Below, in pieces: positions 10,463 to 22,202 of a stretch of DNA of 64,000 nt. The position numbers and the translations under genes were made by a program. Within the stretch, counting starts at the first letter, position 1. Every line of letters begins with the position of its first letter. The DNA lies in contig CAWJGT010000019.1 in the NCBI GenBank assembly GCA_963842525.1, positions 32,001 to 96,000 on the forward strand. The letters run 5' to 3'. The notes under the pieces are model-generated. The model did no database searches and had not been told where the DNA came from. It was given only the letters and a program-made list of their open reading frames with translations. This DNA comes from an uncultured Holophagales bacterium. Its GTDB lineage: Bacteria; Acidobacteriota; Thermoanaerobaculia; Multivoradales; UBA5704.

Positions 10463-12004
10463 ATGGAACGCGACACGCCCACCCCCCCGACCGGTTCCGG
10501 CTTCGTGGAGCTCGGCCAGTTCGAGATCGACGAGCGCTCGGTGCGCCTGCTGCGGCGGGAGTACTGCATGGAGAACGACGTCGTGGTCCTCGGGGTGGTG
10601 GACCGGACGAGCCGCGAGCCGGTCACGGTCGGCATGCTCGATCCGTCCCGCCGCGCCGTTGTCCACGAGGTCGGCAACGTCCTCAATCGGCCTGTGCAGT
10701 CTGTGCGGCTCAACGCCTGGGAGATCCGCCGCGCCCTCGACCAGGGGTGGGGCGTCGCCGAGCAGGACCGGCGCCGGCTGATCCTGGGGCCGGTCCGCGA
10801 CTTCTCCTTCGAGCGCGACAGCGAGGTCACCCAGATCCTCGACGAGATCCTCGGCCGCGCCGTGGAGCTGCGGGCGAGCGACGTCCACATCGAGACCTAT
10901 GAAAATGATGTGGACGTCCGGCTCCGCATCGACGGCGTGCTGCGACACGTGGCGACATCCCTCTCGCGGGACAACATCCAGGCGGCGGTCAGCCGGCTCA
11001 AGGTCCTGGCGGACCTGGACGTGGCCGAGCGGCGACGCGCCCAGGACGGGCGGATCAAGGCCACCTTCGAGGAAAACCGGAAGGACAGCCGCGAGGTCGA
11101 CTTCCGCCTCTCGGTCGTCCCCGGCCCATTCGGGGAGGACGCGGTCCTGCGCATCCTCGACAGCGCGGCCCCTCTCCCCCTCGAGAGGCTCGGCTTCGAC
11201 GCGGGCACGCTGGCCACCTTCGAGCGCCTGATCGCCAACCCCGAGGGGCTGATCCTGGTGACCGGCCCCACCGGCAGCGGCAAGACGACAACCCTCTACG
11301 CCGCCATCGACCGCATCAACACGCCGGAGAACAAGATCCTCACGGTCGAAGACCCCATCGAGTACCACTTCCCGAAGACGAACCAGAAACAGCTCTCGTC
11401 CCAGATGAGCTTCGCCGACTATGCCCGCGCCTTCATGCGGCAGAACCCGGACGTGATCCTGATCGGGGAGATCCGCGACGAGGACACGGCGAGCGCCGCC
11501 GTGCGCGCCGCCCAGACCGGGCACCTTGTGCTCTCGACTCTGCACACCCAGGATGCCGTGCGCACCGTCTCGCGTCTGCTCACCCTGGGCGTCGATCCCG
11601 GCCGGATCGCCGGCTCGCTGCTCGGCGCCATGTCGCAGCGGCTGGTCCGCCGGCTCTGTCCGCAGTGCCGGGCCGAAACCGCGCCCGACGAGAACACAGC
11701 CCGCCGCCTCGGCCTGGCACCCGGAGACGGCCCGTTCTTCCGGCCGCAGCCCGACTCCCGCTGCGGCACCTGCGGCGGCGCCGGCTACAAAGGCCGGCTC
11801 GGCGTCTACGAGCTTTTCGTGCTGGATGGCGAGCTGGCCGACCGGGTCGCCGAAGGCGCGCCCATTCACCAGATCCGCGTCCTCGCCCGCGACCGGGGGA
11901 TGAAAAGCCTCCTCGACGACGCCCTGGACAAGGCCCGCGCCGGGGTCACCTCTCTCGATGAGGTACTGCGGACCGTGCCCTATCGGATGATGGCAGGAGG
12001 GTGA
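10463..12004 (+). CDS. GspE/PulE/PilB family secretion/pilus ATPase
   Basis: [21 protein letters not shown], Walker [43 protein letters not shown], CxxC...CxxC. Confidence 0.92.
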   Translation: MERDTPTPPTGSGFVELGQFEIDERSVRLLRREYCMENDVVVLGVVDRTSREPVTVGMLDPSRRAVVHEVGNVLNRPVQSVRLNAWEIRRALDQGWGVAEQDRRRLILGPVRDFSFERDSEVTQILDEILGRAVELRASDVHIETYENDVDVRLRIDGVLRHVATSLSRDNIQAAVSRLKVLADLDVAERRRAQDGRIKATFEENRKDSREVDFRLSVVPGPFGEDAVLRILDSAAPLPLERLGFDAGTLATFERLIANPEGLILVTGPTGSGKTTTLYAAIDRINTPENKILTVEDPIEYHFPKTNQKQLSSQMSFADYARAFMRQNPDVILIGEIRDEDTASAAVRAAQTGHLVLSTLHTQDAVRTVSRLLTLGVDPGRIAGSLLGAMSQRLVRRLCPQCRAETAPDENTARRLGLAPGDGPFFRPQPDSRCGTCGGAGYKGRLGVYELFVLDGELADRVAEGAPIHQIRVLARDRGMKSLLDDALDKARAGVTSLDEVLRTVPYRMMAGG

Positions 12005-12231
12005 ACCCCATGCGTGTGATCGACCAGCAGATCATGAACCGCCTCTTCGAGGTGACCGACGAGATCCCGCTCGACCGCGAGGCCATCACCGTGCCCCTCC
12101 TGATGCAGGGCGAGGGCAAGGTCGAGCGCCTGAAGAACGGGAAGGTCGAGATCACCCTGCCCGACAGCGACGACCTCGGCCCGTTCCTGGCGGAGCTGCC
12201 GGAGCGGCTGCGGGCCCTGGGCACGGCCTGA
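12001..12231 (+). CDS. Small hypothetical protein
   Basis: GGAGG RBS, start overlaps upstream stop, high GC3. Confidence 0.7.
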   Translation: MNPMRVIDQQIMNRLFEVTDEIPLDREAITVPLLMQGEGKVERLKNGKVEITLPDSDDLGPFLAELPERLRALGTA

Positions 12232-12237
12232 GAGAGA

Positions 12238-12259
12238 GCCCGGGCATTCATGCCCGGGC
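12238..12259. terminator. Hairpin (terminator or REP-like)
   Basis: GCCCGGGCAT-TC-ATGCCCGGGC directly after the stop. Confidence 0.45.
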
Positions 12260-12329
12260 AGTTGCGCTACAATGCTCTGCCTGGCCCTGTCTTCTGGTCC
12301 CCAGGAAATCCTGCAAAGCTGAGGTACAT

Positions 12330-14015
<1,686 letters not shown>

Positions 14016-14093
14016 CCCGTCTCCAGGGCCCCGCGAGAAATCCTTCGCGGGGCACCCATTTTCCGCTCCCGGTGGCACGTCGGGTCTCCTCGC

Positions 14094-14110
14094 TTGGCAT
14101 CCCCGTTGCA
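14094..14110 (+). promoter_or_regulatory. Sigma-54 (-24/-12) promoter
   Basis: TTGGCAT-CCCCG-TTGCA fits TGGCAC-N5-TTGCW, 25 nt upstream of ATG 14136. Confidence 0.7.
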
Positions 14111-14135
14111 GAAAGCTGAAACCGAGGAGAAGGAT

Positions 14136-14501
14136 ATGAAACGGCAGAGCACGATTCTCACGACGACCGCTTTGATGCTCCTCCTGACGGGCACCCTCTT
14201 CGCCCAGAGCGGCGGGAGCGGTACGCCTGTCGATCCTGTCCCGCAGGCCCGGCAGTCGGTCCCCTTGGCCGACCGGGAACCGCTGGACCGGAACGAGCTC
14301 ACCACGACCGACCGTACCGACCTGCCGCAGGAGACGACCGTCGGCACACCGGACGCCGCCGCGCCCCAGGGCACCACGGCCGGCACGGTTGGCAGCGGGC
14401 AGGGTACCCTTCCGCAGACCGGCAGCGAAGTGCCGCTGGTCGGCCTGCTCGGCTTCATGGCGCTGTTCGGCGGGATCGTGATCCGCGCCCTTCGCTGGTA
14501 A
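14136..14501 (+). CDS. Small secreted protein with C-terminal LPxTG-type sorting signal
   Basis: N-terminal signal peptide (..LFA), low-complexity linker, LPQTG + hydrophobic TM + RALRW. Confidence 0.8.
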   Translation: MKRQSTILTTTALMLLLTGTLFAQSGGSGTPVDPVPQARQSVPLADREPLDRNELTTTDRTDLPQETTVGTPDAAAPQGTTAGTVGSGQGTLPQTGSEVPLVGLLGFMALFGGIVIRALRW

Positions 14502-14529
14502 GACGCTCCTTTCCTTCCGCAATGCTCCC

Positions 14530-14556
14530 AAGGCCCGCGATCTCGCGGGCCTTTCT
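14530..14556 (+). terminator. Intrinsic terminator
   Basis: AAGGCCCGCGA-TC-TCGCGGGCCTT followed by a T-rich tail. Confidence 0.7.
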
Positions 14557-14642
14557 GCTTTCCGATGATTCCACCTCGGTTGTAGCCAATCCAGGATACG
14601 TAGAGTCGTCCATTGTGGACATCTTCGGCTACAATGCGCGCA

Positions 14643-17600
14643 ATGGCGCTACTCCCCTCTCTGGACTGGGAAGGTCCATCCGGCGAGCACACCCCGCTCC
14701 GCACGTACCTGCGGAGCCTCGCCGCAACGGAGCAGTGCGGAGACGCCCGGGAAGAGAGCTTCTATCCCTGCTTGCGGGACCTCCTGCTGGACCATGCGGA
14801 AAGGACCGGGCGCAGGGGGGCCGCCGTGACCGTGATCCCCCGCAAGACGGCGGAGTGCCTTCTGGACTTTCAGGTCTGGAGCGGTCCGCACCAGGTCGCC
14901 GGGTATGTCGAGGCGAAACGGCCGGGGACGGACCTCGACCGCGCCGCGCAGTCCGCGCAGGTCCGGCGCTACCTGGCGACCTTCCCCAACCTGATCCTGA
15001 CGGACTTCTACGAGCTCCGGCTCTACCGCAACGGACAGGCCGCCGGACAGGCGGGCGTCGGCTGGGGAGAGGACGGGCGACCGGGGGGCGGAGAGGATCT
15101 GGCGCGGCTCCTCGACGATTTTTTCGCTTTCTGCACCCCCGGCCTCCGGAGCTACGCCTCTCTCGCCACCGCCCTCGCCGGGAGGGCCAGGGTGCTCGCC
15201 GCGCGCATCGAGGAGCGCCTGCTCCGCGAGGAGGCCGGCGAAGCCCGGACGCGGCTCACCGGTTTCTTCGAGGCCTTCAAGACCTTCCTCCTTTCCGGCC
15301 TGACGGTGCGCGAGTTCGCCGACCTGTACGCCCAGACCGTGACCTACGGCCTGCTTGCCGCCCGCTGGCATGCCCCGGAGAGCTTCGACCCCCACAGCGC
15401 ATTCGCGAACATTCCTCTGGGCAGCGGCATCCTGCGCGAGGTCTTCCAGTACATCACCCTGGGCTCGCCGCCGCCGGAGATCGATTGGATCATCGGCGAC
15501 CTCACCGGTCTGCTGGGCGGCTCCTCGATCTTCGGCCGCCGTGCCTGGGACGTCTACGAGGACAAGCACCGCGACCCGGTCCACCATTTCTACGAGACCT
15601 TCCTCGCCTCGTACAATCGGGAGCTGCGCGCCCGCCGGGGCGTCTATTACACGCCGTTGCCGGTGGTCGCCTGGATCGTCCGCTCGGTCCACTGGTTGCT
15701 GCAGACCCGCTTCAGCCGGCCTGGCGGCCTCGCGGACCCGAGCGTCACCCTCCTCGACCCGGCCGCGGGGACGATGACCTTCGTGGCCGAGGCCTGCCGG
15801 GTGGCGGTGGACGCCCACCGGCGCGCGGCCGGCAGCGGCGGCGTGCCCGCCCTCCTGCGCGACCACCTGCTGCCGCACTTCCAGGCCTTCGAGCTGATGA
15901 TGGCCCCCTACGCGATCGGCCACCTGAAGATGAGCCTCTTCCTGGAGCAGCACGGCTACCGCCTGGCCGACGGCGAGCGGGTCCACCTCTATCTGGCGGA
16001 TGCCCTGCGCCAGGACGACCCTCCGCAGACCAGCCTGCCGTACGTGGACGCGCTGGCGCAGGAGGCCCAGGCCGCCGCGCGGATCAAGTCGGAGGAGCGG
16101 ATCTTCGTGGTCCTGGGCAACCCGCCCTGGTCCGGGACCTCGGCCAACCGGGGGGCGTGGATCCAGGACCTCCTCAAGGGCTACACCCTCCCCGACGGCA
16201 GCCGCGACGAGGGCTATTACCGGGCGGACGGACGGCCCCTCGGGGAACGCAACCCGAAGTGGCTGCAGGACGACTATGTGAAATTCCTGCGCTTTGCCCA
16301 GTGGAAGATCGACCAGAACGGCGAAGGGATCGTCGCCTTCGTCACCAACCACGGATGGCTGGACAATCCGACCTTCCGCGGGATGCGCCAGTCGCTGCTG
16401 CGCACGTTCGACGAGGTCTTCGTGCTCGACCTGCACGGCAACCGCCGCAAGGGGGAGCGCCGTCCGGACGGGCAGCCGGACGACAACGTCTTCGACGACA
16501 TCGAACAGGGCGTGGCCATCACGCTGCTGGTCAAGAAGCCGGGCCTGCCGAAGCGCATCCTGCGGGCCGACCTCTGGGGCAACCGCCTCTGGAAGCGCCG
16601 GTGGCTCGACACCACGTCCGCACAGACCACCCTCTGGGCATTGCTATCCCCGTCCTCGCATCTCCTGGTGGCGAGCGACGCCGGGATCGAGGAGGAGTAC
16701 AGGCGCGGTGTGCCGCTTCCCGAGATTTTTCCAATCCACAGCGTGGGGATCGTGACGGGGCGGGACGCCGCGGTGACCGGCTGCGATCGCGCAGAGCTGA
16801 TGGAACGGGTCCGCTCGCTCCGTTGCGCTCTCTGGAGGGGTGGACCGATCGATCCAGCCTGGAAGCTCGATGCCGCGGCCATGGACCGCGCTCGGCGCGA
16901 CGGCCTGTGGGAGAGGCGCTTCACCCCTTACCTCCCGCGCCCGTTCGACCGCCGCTGGCTCTTCTACGCCGACTACCTGGTCGAGCGTCCGCGCGAGGCC
17001 GTGATGCGCCACCTGCGCGGCGGCGGAAACCTGGCGCTCATCGCGCCCCGCCAGCACAAGGAGGAGCCGGGGGCGCTGGTGACCGACCGCATCGCCGGGC
17101 ACAAGGCGGTCAGCGCCTACGACATCAACTACGTCTTCCCGCTCTGGCTCGATCCTCCTCAGGGGACGATCGGACAGAGCCGGATCGACGGCCGGGTCCC
17201 GAACCTCGCACCCGGCCTCCTGTGCCGCCTCGCCGAGGTCCTCGGCGAGGAGCCCGCGCCGGAGGACGTCCTCGGCTATGTCTATGCCGTGCTCTACAGC
17301 CCTTCCTACCGGACCCGCTACGCCGACCTGCTGCGGCGGGACTTCCCGCGCATCCCGTTCCCTGAAGAGCGCGAGCCCTTCCTCCGCCTCGCCGCGCTGG
17401 GCCGGGAGCTGGTCGGGCTCCACCTGTTGACCGACCCGCGCCTGGACGGCTCTCCCGTGCGGTTTGTCGGCGACGGTGGCCGGCCTTTGGGAAAAACCCG
17501 GGCCACCCTGCGCCACTATCGTCCGGACGAGCGCCGGGTCTACGTCAACGCCGAAGGCCTCTGCTTCGAAGGGATCGAGCCGGCGGTCTGGAGCTATCAG

Positions 17601-17744
17601 CTCGGAGGCCACCAGGTGCTCGACCGCTGGCTGCAGGGCCGCGCGGGCAGAGTCCTCGGCCTGGAGGAGATCCGGGACTTTCGCCGTGCCGCGGAGGCGT
17701 TGCGGCTCACGCTGGAGGTGCAGAGGCGGATCGACGAGGTGTGA
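14643..17744 (+). CDS. Single-chain restriction-modification enzyme: N6-adenine MTase with type ISP-like C-terminal specificity domain
   Basis: N-terminal DF..YVEAK nuclease-like motif, HFYETFL, RGVYYTP, LLDPAAGTMTF, GNPPW, LQDDYVKFLR, YLPRPFD, WSYQLGGHQVLDRWL. Confidence 0.85.
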   Translation: MALLPSLDWEGPSGEHTPLRTYLRSLAATEQCGDAREESFYPCLRDLLLDHAERTGRRGAAVTVIPRKTAECLLDFQVWSGPHQVAGYVEAKRPGTDLDRAAQSAQVRRYLATFPNLILTDFYELRLYRNGQAAGQAGVGWGEDGRPGGGEDLARLLDDFFAFCTPGLRSYASLATALAGRARVLAARIEERLLREEAGEARTRLTGFFEAFKTFLLSGLTVREFADLYAQTVTYGLLAARWHAPESFDPHSAFANIPLGSGILREVFQYITLGSPPPEIDWIIGDLTGLLGGSSIFGRRAWDVYEDKHRDPVHHFYETFLASYNRELRARRGVYYTPLPVVAWIVRSVHWLLQTRFSRPGGLADPSVTLLDPAAGTMTFVAEACRVAVDAHRRAAGSGGVPALLRDHLLPHFQAFELMMAPYAIGHLKMSLFLEQHGYRLADGERVHLYLADALRQDDPPQTSLPYVDALAQEAQAAARIKSEERIFVVLGNPPWSGTSANRGAWIQDLLKGYTLPDGSRDEGYYRADGRPLGERNPKWLQDDYVKFLRFAQWKIDQNGEGIVAFVTNHGWLDNPTFRGMRQSLLRTFDEVFVLDLHGNRRKGERRPDGQPDDNVFDDIEQGVAITLLVKKPGLPKRILRADLWGNRLWKRRWLDTTSAQTTLWALLSPSSHLLVASDAGIEEEYRRGVPLPEIFPIHSVGIVTGRDAAVTGCDRAELMERVRSLRCALWRGGPIDPAWKLDAAAMDRARRDGLWERRFTPYLPRPFDRRWLFYADYLVERPREAVMRHLRGGGNLALIAPRQHKEEPGALVTDRIAGHKAVSAYDINYVFPLWLDPPQGTIGQSRIDGRVPNLAPGLLCRLAEVLGEEPAPEDVLGYVYAVLYSPSYRTRYADLLRRDFPRIPFPEEREPFLRLAALGRELVGLHLLTDPRLDGSPVRFVGDGGRPLGKTRATLRHYRPDERRVYVNAEGLCFEGIEPAVWSYQLGGHQVLDRWLQGRAGRVLGLEEIRDFRRAAEALRLTLEVQRRIDEV

Positions 17745-17752
17745 TCCTGGCG

Positions 17753-18085
17753 TCACCGCCGGCCCGGCCGGCGCTCGGGCCGGGCGGTCCAGGGGTCCTG
17801 CGGCCAGGCGTGCTTCGGATAGCGGCCCTGGAGCTCCTTGCGGACCTGCGGATAGGTGTTCTCCCAGAAGCTCCGCAGGTCGTGGGTGACCTGCTGCGGG
17901 CGCTGGTTGGGGGCGAGGAGGTGGAGGAGGACGGGGACCCGGCCGGCCGCGACCCGCGGGGTCTCCGCCAGGCCGAACATCTCCTGGATGCGCGCGGCGA
18001 GGACCGGCGGCTTCCCCTCTTCATAGTCGATCTTGATGCGGCTGCCGCTCGGCACCTCCAGCCGCTCGGGCGCCTCCCGGTCGAG
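17753..18085 (-). pseudogene. hrpB: Orphan 3' fragment of ATP-dependent helicase HrpB
   Basis: LDREAPERLEVPSGSRIKIDY...LLAPNQRPQQVTHDLRSFWENTYPQVRKELQGRYPKHAWPQDP; no start codon; abuts a REP-like element. Confidence 0.85.
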
Positions 18086-18131
18086 GGGCGGGGGATGGAA
18101 GGGAGATGGGAGAGGGGGCCAGGGGGGTGAG
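18086..18131 (-). repeat. REP-like element (CCTCACCCCC..CCCTCTCCC family), truncated
   Basis: GGGAGATGGGAGAGGGGGCCAGGGGGGTGAGG, reverse complement of the copies at 25069 and 54829. Confidence 0.75.
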
Positions 18132-18195
18132 GATCTGTGACGTCCAAGGCTGCAGATCCGTACATCTCGCGGAAGCGATAACATCCGGGCGTCAG

Positions 18196-19965
18196 ATGTC
18201 CCCTTCGAACGAACGGCCCTTTCAGCTCCTCGACCCTCTCGCCCGTGCGGCCGTTCCGCTGGCCGCCTGGGCGGCGATGGTCGCGTATGCGGTCCGCGAG
18301 GCGGACCCGACCGCCCTTGCCGAGGGGCGCTACCTGGCGCTGTTGGCGGCCGCGGCGCTGCTTGCGGTGGCCGCCCTGGCGCCGGCTCCGGCCTGGGAGG
18401 CGGGCCTCGGAGCCGTCCTGGCGGTGACGGCCGTCTGGGCGCTCCCGGCCGGCCCGGGGCGGGGAGCCGCTCTCGTGCTGTTGCTCGCGGCCGTCCTGGC
18501 GGTGGCCGCGGTGCGGCGGCTCGCGCGAGACCTCCCCGGGTTGTCTTTCGAGGCCGCGATCCCGCTCGCCCTCGGCGCCCAGCTCCTGCTGCGCGGCGAG
18601 CTCCTTCTGGCGCCGGCATTGAGCCCGCGCACCCTGGTCGCCCTGCTCGTGCTCCCTCTTGCCGGCGCGGCGGCGATGGCGGTCCTGGCGCAACGGCACG
18701 GAGCCGCCAGGACGCTGATCGCCACGGGCACCGCGCTCCTCCTCGCGCCGGGCTGGAACGTGGCCGCGACGCTCGCCCTGCTGGCGCTGGCCGCCGGGGA
18801 CCTGCTGGGGCGGTCCGCGCTCGGGAAGCCGGTCCGGGGGGCGGCGCTTCTGGTCCTCCTGGCGCCGATCGCCTGGCAACCCGGCCCGGGCCTGGCCGCC
18901 GCCGCAGCAGGGCTCGCGCTCGCCTGGCCGCGGCTCGCCCTGGCCTTGAGCGTGCCTCTGGCCGCGGGACTCTGGCTCGCCTGGCCGCAGCCGGTCGATC
19001 TGAGGATTCAGCAGGTCCTCTGGCTGCCCCTGCTGTTGCCGGCCGTGCTGCTCCCGGGCCGGGACCGCGTCTGGATCGTGCCGACGGCGGTGCTGCTCGC
19101 CGCGGCCACGCCTCCGATCCCCGACATGTCGCCCCTGGCCGCGGCGCTGGCGCTCGCGGCCCTGGCGCAACGGCCGGAGGGGCCCGCGGTCGTCGCGCAG
19201 CGGGTCTGGACCGGATCGCTCCTCTTCGGGGTGTTTCTCCTCTCCTCGTACCCTTGGCTGCGCGACGAGCCGCTGCCGGCGGTGCTCGGGCTTCTCGGTC
19301 TGGAGCCGGGGGTGGTGGCGGCTGCTGTGGTGATGGGGGGCTGGCTGGTGATCGCGGCCCTCGCCCTTCGCCCAGGGTTTACACCCTGGGCTACCCAATG
19401 GCGCCCTCCGGGCTCAACACCAGAGCAGGGTAGCTCCGGGTGTGAACCCGGGGCGCGGCTGGGCGCCGCGGTTGCGGGATTTGCGATTTTCCTCGCCCTC
19501 CTCCTCCACATCCCCCCCGCCACCAAACCGCTCCTGCCGTTCGGCAGCGCGGTGCTCGACGCGGCCCATCCGGCCTGGGAGGTCCCGCTCGCCGGTGAGG
19601 CCGGCGAGGTCGGCGCCGTCGTCCTGGAGTCGAGCCTGTCCAACGGGGCGGCCCTGGCCGCGGGGACGCCGGTTGCCGTGGCCCGCCTGCGCGGAGCGGA
19701 CGGCATGGACCGGGTGTGGATGGTGCGGGCCGGGATGGAGACGGGCGAATGGGCCGCGCGGCGGCCGGACGTCGAACGGACGAGCCGGCTGCGGTCTCCC
19801 GCGGGGTGGGTCTCGTTCGTGGCGGGCGACTTCTTCGGCCAGCGCTACCGGGCCTGGTGGCGGCTCGGCGAGCCCGGCCGGTTCGCACGGCTGCGGATCG
19901 AGCGGAGCCCCGGCCTGCCGGCCGACCTCGTCCTGGCCCTCCACCAGGTGGAGGTCCGGCCGTGA
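18196..19965 (+). CDS. Polytopic membrane protein of the glycosylation cluster
   Basis: Many Leu/Ala-rich TM segments, soluble C-terminal domain, coupled to the next gene (GTGA overlap). Confidence 0.7.
   Translation: MSPSNERPFQLLDPLARAAVPLAAWAAMVAYAVREADPTALAEGRYLALLAAAALLAVAALAPAPAWEAGLGAVLAVTAVWALPAGPGRGAALVLLLAAVLAVAAVRRLARDLPGLSFEAAIPLALGAQLLLRGELLLAPALSPRTLVALLVLPLAGAAAMAVLAQRHGAARTLIATGTALLLAPGWNVAATLALLALAAGDLLGRSALGKPVRGAALLVLLAPIAWQPGPGLAAAAAGLALAWPRLALALSVPLAAGLWLAWPQPVDLRIQQVLWLPLLLPAVLLPGRDRVWIVPTAVLLAAATPPIPDMSPLAAALALAALAQRPEGPAVVAQRVWTGSLLFGVFLLSSYPWLRDEPLPAVLGLLGLEPGVVAAAVVMGGWLVIAALALRPGFTPWATQWRPPGSTPEQGSSGCEPGARLGAAVAGFAIFLALLLHIPPATKPLLPFGSAVLDAAHPAWEVPLAGEAGEVGAVVLESSLSNGAALAAGTPVAVARLRGADGMDRVWMVRAGMETGEWAARRPDVERTSRLRSPAGWVSFVAGDFFGQRYRAWWRLGEPGRFARLRIERSPGLPADLVLALHQVEVRP
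19370..19454. repeat. Inverted REP-like pair inserted in frame within a CDS
   Basis: GCCCAGGGTTTACACCCTGGGCTACCC ... GGGTAGCTCCGGGTGTGAACCCGGGGC. Confidence 0.75.
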
Positions 19966-22202
19966 GGTCCATGGGCGGAACGCGCGCCGTGCTGGAAACC
20001 GGCCCGGTCTTCGCCACCGCGGCGGTGGCCATGGCGCTTGCCGCGCGCTGGCTGCCGCTGCCGCCGGATGACCCGTTCCGCGGCACCCTCGTGGCCCTGC
20101 CGCTGATCCTTGCGGGTCTGCACGAGATCCGCCGTTGGGCGGAGTGGAAAGGCGGAAGGCCGCTCTCCCCGGGCGGCACGGCGGGCGAGCTTGTCGCCCT
20201 CGGCCTGCTGGTCCTGCTCGTGCTCGCCCGCCCGCACCTGCGGCTGACCGGGGCGGACGAGGTCGTGGCGGCCGGCCTGCTGCTGGTGCTCGCCCACCGG
20301 ATCGCACGCCAGGTCCGCGCCCTGCGCCCGCTCCTGGGCACGCGCATCCCCCGGCGCCCGTCCTGCCTCTTCTTCTTCCTGCCGCTGGTGGTCTACCTGG
20401 CGATCCTCCCGTGGTCGGCCCGCCACCGGCAGCCGGACGGGGACGAGCCCTACTACCTGCTGATCACTCACAGCCTGGCCTACGACTTCGACGCCGAGCT
20501 GACGAACAACTACGCCCGGCAGGACTGGCGCCGCTTCATGGACCGCCGGATCGAGCCGCAGCCGGGCGACCCGGTGGGGCCGCGCGGCGAGCTCTACTCC
20601 CGCCACAACGAGCTGCTGCCGCTCGTGCTGGTCCCGGCCTATCGCCTGGGCGGCAAGCTCGGAGCCCTCGCGGTGATGGCGGCGCTCACCGCGGCGCTCG
20701 CCTGGATGACCTTGCGCCTGGCGCGGCACTATGTCGCGGACCGCCCGGGCGAGGTCCTGGCGGCCTGGGCGCTGACGGCGTTCCTGCCGCCGCTCCTCCT
20801 CTACTCCTACCAGGTGTGGGTGGAGGTGCCGGCGGCGCTGCTGCTGGCCGCGGCCCTGGACCGCATCCTCGACCTCGACGGCGAGCGCCACTGGAGCTGG
20901 AAGGAATGGATGGGGATCGGCCTCTCGGTCCTCCTCCTGCCGCTGTTGAAGATCCGCCTCCTCCTGCTGGCCGGCCCTCTGCTTGCGCTGGGATGGTGGC
21001 ATGCCGGCCGGCCGCGGCGGCCGGTGATGATCCTCGGCGGGCTGCTCGCCCTGGTGGCGGCCGGTATCCTGCTCCACAACCAGCTCCTCTATTCGAACCC
21101 GCTCAAGATCCACACCTGGGAGGAGGTCGACCCGCACCGCTACGCGCTGGATTCCTACCTCAAGGGCGGGCTCGGGCTTTTCTGGGATGCGGCGTTCGGC
21201 CTGTTCGCCTGCGCGCCGGTCTGGCTCCTGCTGGTCCCGGCCACTCTCCTGCTCCTGCTCCGCGGCCGGCGGCTCCTGGCGCATCTGGTGGTGCTGACGT
21301 TCCCCTACCTGGTGATCGTCGCGCCGCGGATGGAGTGGTACGGCGGGTGGTCTCCCCCGTTCCGCTATGCCCTGGTCGCCCTGCCGCTGCTCGGCCTGGC
21401 GCTGGTGCCGCTGCTGGTGCGCCGCGACCGGCCGGGTGCCCGCGCCCTGCTCGCCGGGCTCGGCGTGCTGACGCTGGTGTTGACGCTCGTCTGGGTCACG
21501 CTTCCCGGGTGGACGTACAACTTCGCGAACGGCCGGACCTACGTGCTCGACCGCCTCGACGAGCGGCTGAGCCTCGACCTGGCGCGCTTCTTCCCCAGCT
21601 CGGTCCGCCCGCGGACCGCCACATGGGTCTGGCCGCCGGTGACGCTGGTCCTGCTGCCCCTCGTCTGGTGGCTGCCGGGAAGAAAGAGAACGGGATCAGG
21701 CTCACTCTCTCCCGGTACATGGGAGAGGGCCGGCATCGCCGTCGTGCTGCTGGCCGCGGCGGTGCTGCCGGTCGCCGCCGCGCGCCTGCCCACCCGGACC
21801 GTCGAGCTGGAGGACCCGCAGGTGTGGAAGAGCGGCGGCCATCTCCACCCCGACCTCTGGGTGATCGAGCGGACGCGCTACCGCGGCGGCTGGGTGCTGC
21901 GGGTGAGCGAGGCGCTGCGGGCGCCCGTCACGCCCGGGGGACGGCGGGCGCGGGTCACCCTGCACGCCCAGTTCATCCGCAACCAGCCGGTCCCCTACCA
22001 CCTCGACCTGCTGGCCGGCCCCCGCAAGCTCGCCACCTGGAGCCCGGTCCGGCCGCGGGTCTGGCAGGAGGTCTCCTTCGGACCGTTCGACTGGCCGGGC
22101 TCGGCGCCGCTGGTCCTCTACGGCCACGGGCCGCACCTGCCCGGGGACACGGACCTCAACGGCGTGATCCTGGATCGGGTCGAGATCGAATGGCTGGACT
22201 GA
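19962..22202 (+). CDS. GT-C (ArnT/PMT-like) membrane glycosyltransferase
   Basis: DGDEPYYLLITHSL, YSRH, GLFWDAAFGL, WYGGWSPPFRY; polytopic. Confidence 0.7.
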   Translation: MRSMGGTRAVLETGPVFATAAVAMALAARWLPLPPDDPFRGTLVALPLILAGLHEIRRWAEWKGGRPLSPGGTAGELVALGLLVLLVLARPHLRLTGADEVVAAGLLLVLAHRIARQVRALRPLLGTRIPRRPSCLFFFLPLVVYLAILPWSARHRQPDGDEPYYLLITHSLAYDFDAELTNNYARQDWRRFMDRRIEPQPGDPVGPRGELYSRHNELLPLVLVPAYRLGGKLGALAVMAALTAALAWMTLRLARHYVADRPGEVLAAWALTAFLPPLLLYSYQVWVEVPAALLLAAALDRILDLDGERHWSWKEWMGIGLSVLLLPLLKIRLLLLAGPLLALGWWHAGRPRRPVMILGGLLALVAAGILLHNQLLYSNPLKIHTWEEVDPHRYALDSYLKGGLGLFWDAAFGLFACAPVWLLLVPATLLLLLRGRRLLAHLVVLTFPYLVIVAPRMEWYGGWSPPFRYALVALPLLGLALVPLLVRRDRPGARALLAGLGVLTLVLTLVWVTLPGWTYNFANGRTYVLDRLDERLSLDLARFFPSSVRPRTATWVWPPVTLVLLPLVWWLPGRKRTGSGSLSPGTWERAGIAVVLLAAAVLPVAAARLPTRTVELEDPQVWKSGGHLHPDLWVIERTRYRGGWVLRVSEALRAPVTPGGRRARVTLHAQFIRNQPVPYHLDLLAGPRKLATWSPVRPRVWQEVSFGPFDWPGSAPLVLYGHGPHLPGDTDLNGVILDRVEIEWLD

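Noticed and set aside
7429-11003. DGR template/variable repeat pair (both mismatches are A vs G)
   Set aside because: Only two synonymous differences, no reverse transcriptase, and the target is an internal ATPase segment
10463-12004. Complete T2SS or type IV pilus locus
   Set aside because: Only the ATPase is present; no pilins, secretin or platform genes in the window
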